Below are positions 59,358-64,000 of a stretch of DNA of 64,000 bases, piece after piece (the stretch's first letter is position 1; the number at the start of each line of letters is the position of its first letter). The notes below the pieces were generated by a model. That model worked only from the letters and a program-made list of their open reading frames with translations, was not told the origin of the DNA and did not search any database. Made by a program: the position numbers and the translations under genes. The stretch covers positions 2,480,001-2,544,000 of the forward strand of contig BQFW01000013.1 in assembly GCA_020891255.1 (NCBI GenBank), in the 5' to 3' direction. This stretch comes from Entomortierella parvispora E1425 (lineage: Eukaryota > Fungi > Mortierellomycota).

Positions 59358-62300
59358 ATGTCGAACCAGCCAATCTCGACGGCTGACGCCCTCGATGAGA
59401 TTGAGCGTCTCGAGCAGAGCATCACTCGCACCCTGCAAGAGATTGGTAATGAACTGAACAGGACGAGAAGAACGCGTCCATCACAGGATAGCTCGATCTT
59501 GCTGGTTGCCTGCATCACTCTTGCATCTACATGCAGTCATGCACGCCCAATCAATCACAACCGCTGGAAACACGTATGGCTAACAAGGGCATATTCATCT
59601 GTCTTGTAGATCAAAGCTTCTCTGATTGTCAAAGCATCGTCTCGTCCAAGATCTTGCCACAAATCGACCGCTACTCGGAATCATCAATGGATGTTTGGAA
59701 ACATGCCCATCTTTGGCTCAACTTTTTCGAGGCTGCGCTGGCGCCGCCCTCGGCCCCTACTGCTGCAGATGGCGGCGGACGTCATTTCCAAGCAGCGAAA
59801 GATGCAAGCGTAAAAAGCAAGGAACGCCTGCAACAGATGCAGCAACGTCGCGAGGAGCAGGAGCAGCAGGAGCAGCGCAGCGGATTCAACTCGGCTATCG
59901 AGGAATCACAGATGCATGGGACTAATCAGTCGCCTCATCGCCGACAGCAGCACCGACTCAGTTACATGTCGTTGGATGAACTGTCTGAAGACAATTCGAC
60001 CAATCGGCAGCGAATCGGCTCTGTCAATCTGGAATCACCTCGGTTTTCGAGCCACTTTCTCGACAGCTCGCCTCTAGCCTCCCTTCCGTCGACTCCTTTG
60101 AGAAATCAAGGAAGGATGTCCGGAACCGCTCACTCGCCTCTGGCTGCAGCTGGTCGTTCAAACGCACCCTCAACTCCCCAACGAGCACACAACCCCTTCG
60201 ACTCGAGCTCTCCCATTAATGCGCGCGGATCCACCACACCCAGGATCACCCTAAAGGATAGGCCGATGGCTTTTCCAACCTATACCCGAGTGGCTTCATC
60301 CTCAAACACTGGCGCCGGACAGCCTGCACCAATGGCTTCAACACCGAGAAAGAACTCGACGTCTGGACACGCTGAGCACGGATACAGCCCCATGAGAGGA
60401 ACCCTGGACGGAGGATTCTTGGAGTTGGACGTGAACGAAGACCACCAGGATGTCATCACGCCACCGTCTACGCTGCACTTCTCAATTCCAGAGTCCAAAA
60501 TCCCCGGCACTCCGAGATCCGTTTTGGCAAAGAGTCTGGTGGATAAGATCAATCTCAGGGATGGCCACGTTATCCCTCAACCAATCTTTGTAGGCGATGA
60601 TGAAGACGAGGATGTTGTAGAGGACGAAAGGGCATCAAATCGCGCATCCATTGGAGGCTCTAAGAAACGAAGCCGAGATGGGGATCTTTTGGAAGACCAC
60701 TATGATCACGGCCAAGATGGAGATGTATTTAAGGATTCAACCATGGGAAAGTCACCAAGGAGAACGAACAATTCGGCGCGATGGGCGTCACTTACAACGG
60801 AACAACGGAACACGGAAAGACTTTTGAAAAGTCCTCGAAAGATATCAAGCGTCCAAGATTTTTTCAATCCCACAGCGTCGTCGTCACAAGAGCCTGAATC
60901 GCAACATCGGAGCCCCAGTCCAAGTCTACAGATCATGTCGCAGATCATGTCCCAGTCTGCAGAAGACCCTGAACCTTTGGCTGATGAAGAAGACTCTCTT
61001 TTGGCTCGACTCAAGACTCCTCCAGGTTTCAGGGCTATCAAAGACCGCTACTCAATTCTCCCAACTTCTCACCAATCGACGCGGACAACAGCAGCTCCTT
61101 TGAAACCAACTCTGGCCCCTACATCATCCACGGCCACGACCACCTCTGGTATCAGCAGCTCATCAACTGCAACCAGTACTGCTGCTATTTCTAGAACAAC
61201 ATCGAGTATGCATGCACCACCAGTTCCGGTAGCGATAACAAAGGCGGCTTCTAGCACCGGACCCGTGGTTACTCCGGTTCCGATCAACAATAACCTTGGA
61301 ACTGCTTCCTCTGGCACAGGCAGTGCCTCCAGCATTGGATCTATTTTTCGAGATTCTTTCAGCTCGGGACTTGCAGCATCCTCAGCGGCAAGACGGCAAA
61401 CGATGGCGACAGCTGGCGCAGGAAGTGGAAGCAGCAGCGTCGTAGGGTCCAGTAAAGGTCCTTTTAACAATCGAACCAGCATCGGCTCAGGATTTAAACT
61501 ACCTTCATCACAGCATCGCCAATCTTTTGGGCCAACAACACCAAGTCTTGGCAACTTACGCCCAGCAACACTCTCGGCATCTGGAGCGAGCTCAACGGCG
61601 GCAGCAGTGGATGCTGTAGGGTTGGCAAAGACGCTGACCAAGCCAGCCTCTGTCCCTCCTGCTAACTCTCGATTAAGTCTCATTGGCTCGAGTTCGGCCA
61701 TGATGACACCGGTGAACTCGCGTCTGAGTCTTGGGGGCAACCACAGCACTGCAGCTCTTCGGAAGCCATTGTACCCAACATCACCCTCTCCGGCTAGTCG
61801 CGCTGCCGCTACGGCGGTGGTAGCAACTGCAGCCTCCAGTTCCAGTGCTGCAGGTGAGGGTCCGAGCAGTAGCAGAGCACCGCGCGAATCTGCTCCAAGT
61901 GCGGCGATCGATACAACTCCTGTGACTGGCGCTGCAGCCAATGTTGTGCATACCACCATGAACATGTCAAGATTATCCAGTGGTGCACGCCGGCAATCCG
62001 CTTCTCGAGCAGAGTCCATGTTTTCACCCTCGCGAGGAGGCTTCACTACCCCAACATTTTCGGACCGAACACCACCACCAGCTCCTCGGCTTGGATACCA
62101 CAGTGATACTCTCATGACCCAAAGTTCGTTGGGACTTAACCACGACGGCCTCTATGGCCACAGGAGCCAAACAGGCGGCAGCAATGATGACAGGACAGGG
62201 ATGACAGGATTATCAACGAGTCCAGGAGGTAGACAGGGCAGCGCACGGACGGAAACATCTGATGGCGGGTCGTTGCCTTTTACTGCGTCGACCATGACCT

Positions 62301-62701
62301 CTACCACAACCACCACGACATCCACACGTGCCACAGCTGCTGTCGTTACTGCGTCGAGGAGAACCACCTACCCAAAGACATCGGGTCTTGGTAGCACCAC
62401 GCTGAGAAGTTTCCAGGACCGGGTCCGAGCCAGCGAGATCGAGGAAAACACATCGTTTGGAGATGAGGGTGATCATCTTGAGAATCATTTGGACGACGAC
62501 GAAGATGTAACACAGAATATGATGCGGTCGCCTTGTCCTCCCGGCAGGACGTTACCGTTCATGGGTTCGAAAACCGACCTAAAGAGTGTGGCGGCTGCTA
62601 CAGCGGCTGCCTCATCTGCCAATGGCAGTAGCAGTAGCAGTGGTGGTGGCGGATCCTTGGGATCGCTGTTTGGTAGTGTACAGCGACCACCCTTTCTTTG
62701 A
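59358..62701 (+). CDS. ASK1: DASH/Dam1 kinetochore complex subunit Ask1 with a long disordered tail
   Basis: DEIERLEQSITRTLQEI|DQSFSDCQSIVSSKILPQIDRYSESSMDVWKHAHLWLNFFEAA matches the Ask1 N-terminal domain; followed by ~1,000 aa of S/T/P-rich sequence. Confidence 0.88.
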
Positions 62702-63202
62702 ATAATAAACCGCTTTTGTCGATAGTATCATAGGGCTTTGTGTTTGCAATGAGGACTTGATCATTGCTCTCCCCCTCCTGGGCTTACTTCAACTGCGTTC
62801 ATTCCGATCACTCACAACGGTCGGGATCGGGCTGCGACTCGGGATCTTTCAAAATCAGCGTCCTGGATTGTTTCCTTAAAAGATCTCGCTGACAAGGAGA
62901 GATGCCATCTTATTTTGGGGGTACCATATTGAAAAGCGGAGTCTTTTGAGCTGTTGTAGATAGCCCTAGGCTCCTATCGTCCTCTCATCCCTCATTAAAC
63001 ATTTGCGTGACACAATCAATTCTTTCGGTCGGATTGGCAGTCCTGAACTTTGGATTAGCAAAAAAAAAAAAAAAAAAAAATGGAGGAAGAAGTGTATAGA
63101 AAGAGGCCGTAAATATCGACCAACCCAAACCTCAAGAAACTGTCAATGCCTCGGTGTTATTTATTCAATGTAGACTATTTAACGCAAATATTTCAAAGGC
63201 CC

Positions 63203-64000
63203 CTATTCTTTTTCCGCACTATATATCTGTTTTAGGGCTATCATCTTTCTTAAAAAGTCATGGATGCTTTCATTCCTAACGTTTGACTCGGCGACAAGCG
63301 GGGCGAAATCATCAATGGCGCCAAGTTGTCGAAGGAGGCCCTGCTCCTCCCCGAGTCCTGTCGCTCCAGATACATTTGCGTCAGAGAGACACAACCGCTT
63401 TGGCATGCATCCCCAGACCAAACGGAAACGAACGCTATCTTCACCCTCCTCAATGACCCTCCAGACGCACACAGATTTGTCGAGACTGCCTGTGACAAAC
63501 TCGAGACTGCCCTCTTGTGGATTACAGGCAATATTGCACGTCTCCAGTCCGGGTACTTGAAGAATAGCCTTGAATGTCGCCACCACTTCCTTATTCTCAT
63601 GGACTGTAACCCTCCACAGGCGGATTGCGAGGTCAATACTTTTGATGACAAGCCAGCCACTAGATGACCACGCCATTGCGACAGCAAACAGTTCTCCTCC
63701 ATGTTTTAAACTGGTTCTCGTGACGGTCTTGAACTCCTCCGCTTGCACATCCCAAATCCTGAGTGTTTCTCCCATATGATCACAAATGATGATCATCCGA
63801 CCGCAGGGCGAGTAGCAAAATTTCACCCAAGTGGGAATATCAAATTCCGTGCGTCTGGCGCTGACCATGCTCCAGAGATATGTTTTGCAGTCCCGGCAGC
63901 TGCTCGCAAGTTGACTACCGTCTGGTGAAAAATTGAGACTCAATATTTCATCTGGGTGTCCTTTCCAGGTTTCCACTAGCCTGCAAGACTGCACATCCCA
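63203..64000 (-). CDS. C-terminal WD40 region of a second Mortierellaceae-type (NACHT)-WD40 protein, 5'-partial
   Basis: Frame open to the window edge. GHPDEILSLNFSPDG. C-terminal LEFVTG..D.SVCVW...LVWG...RL...A.V....GL...Q.LL.Q.GA signature shared with the gene at 1-2628. Confidence 0.88.
   Translation of the reverse strand, partial: WDVQSCRLVETWKGHPDEILSLNFSPDGSQLASSCRDCKTYLWSMVSARRTEFDIPTWVKFCYSPCGRMIIICDHMGETLRIWDVQAEEFKTVTRTSLKHGGELFAVAMAWSSSGWLVIKSIDLAIRLWRVTVHENKEVVATFKAILQVPGLETCNIACNPQEGSLEFVTGSLDKSVCVWRVIEEGEDSVRFRLVWGCMPKRLCLSDANVSGATGLGEEQGLLRQLGAIDDFAPLVAESNVRNESIHDFLRKMIALKQIYSAEKE

Noticed and set aside
60280-62488. Long antisense ORFs opposite ASK1, and similar ones opposite SEC18, the AMT gene and the IDO-like gene
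   Set aside because: Expected shadows of GC-rich or low-complexity coding sequence; no independent motifs.
3319-63080. Many long poly-A/poly-T runs as retroposon tails
   Set aside because: Those I checked lie in introns or intergenic DNA without TSDs; only the run at 47503-47519 has a TSD and an upstream element.

Overview
Fungal genomic DNA, most likely Mortierellaceae (short GT-AG introns with long poly-T/A tracts; NACHT-type pentapeptide/WD40 genes at both window edges). The left part (1-27 kb) holds an ammonium transporter, an intronless IDO-superfamily heme enzyme, an acyl-CoA thioesterase, PEX26, SEC18/NSF and an M1 aminopeptidase. The right part (55.9-64 kb) holds a thioredoxin/DUF442-like fusion, a Dabb protein, ASK1 and a WD40 gene. 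Between them (~27.7-53.8 kb) is a nested transposon island. Main result: three divergent, spliced genes of ~1,310-1,370 aa, each fusing an N-terminal FEN1/XPG-family PIN nuclease to a C-terminal Fanzor/TnpB-type RuvC + zinc-ribbon module, with all three RuvC acidic motifs present and shared intron positions. Copy 2 sits head-to-head with a Mutator transposase inside a 7.7-kb element with 23-bp TIRs and a perfect 9-bp TSD. That element is inserted into the terminal inverted repeat of the element carrying copy 1. Copies 1 and 2 each have a ~126-129-nt hairpin-rich segment between stop codon and element end (candidate omegaRNA); copy 3 has a similar segment before a terminus-like motif. The island also holds a ~218-bp x6 tandem array, a Crypton-like fragment, and a 5'-truncated LINE (18-bp TSD, poly-A) inserted in a dead piggyBac. 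An intronless orphan 643-aa ORF of possible viral origin follows immediately. All gene models and alignments were made by eye; no database searches were run.
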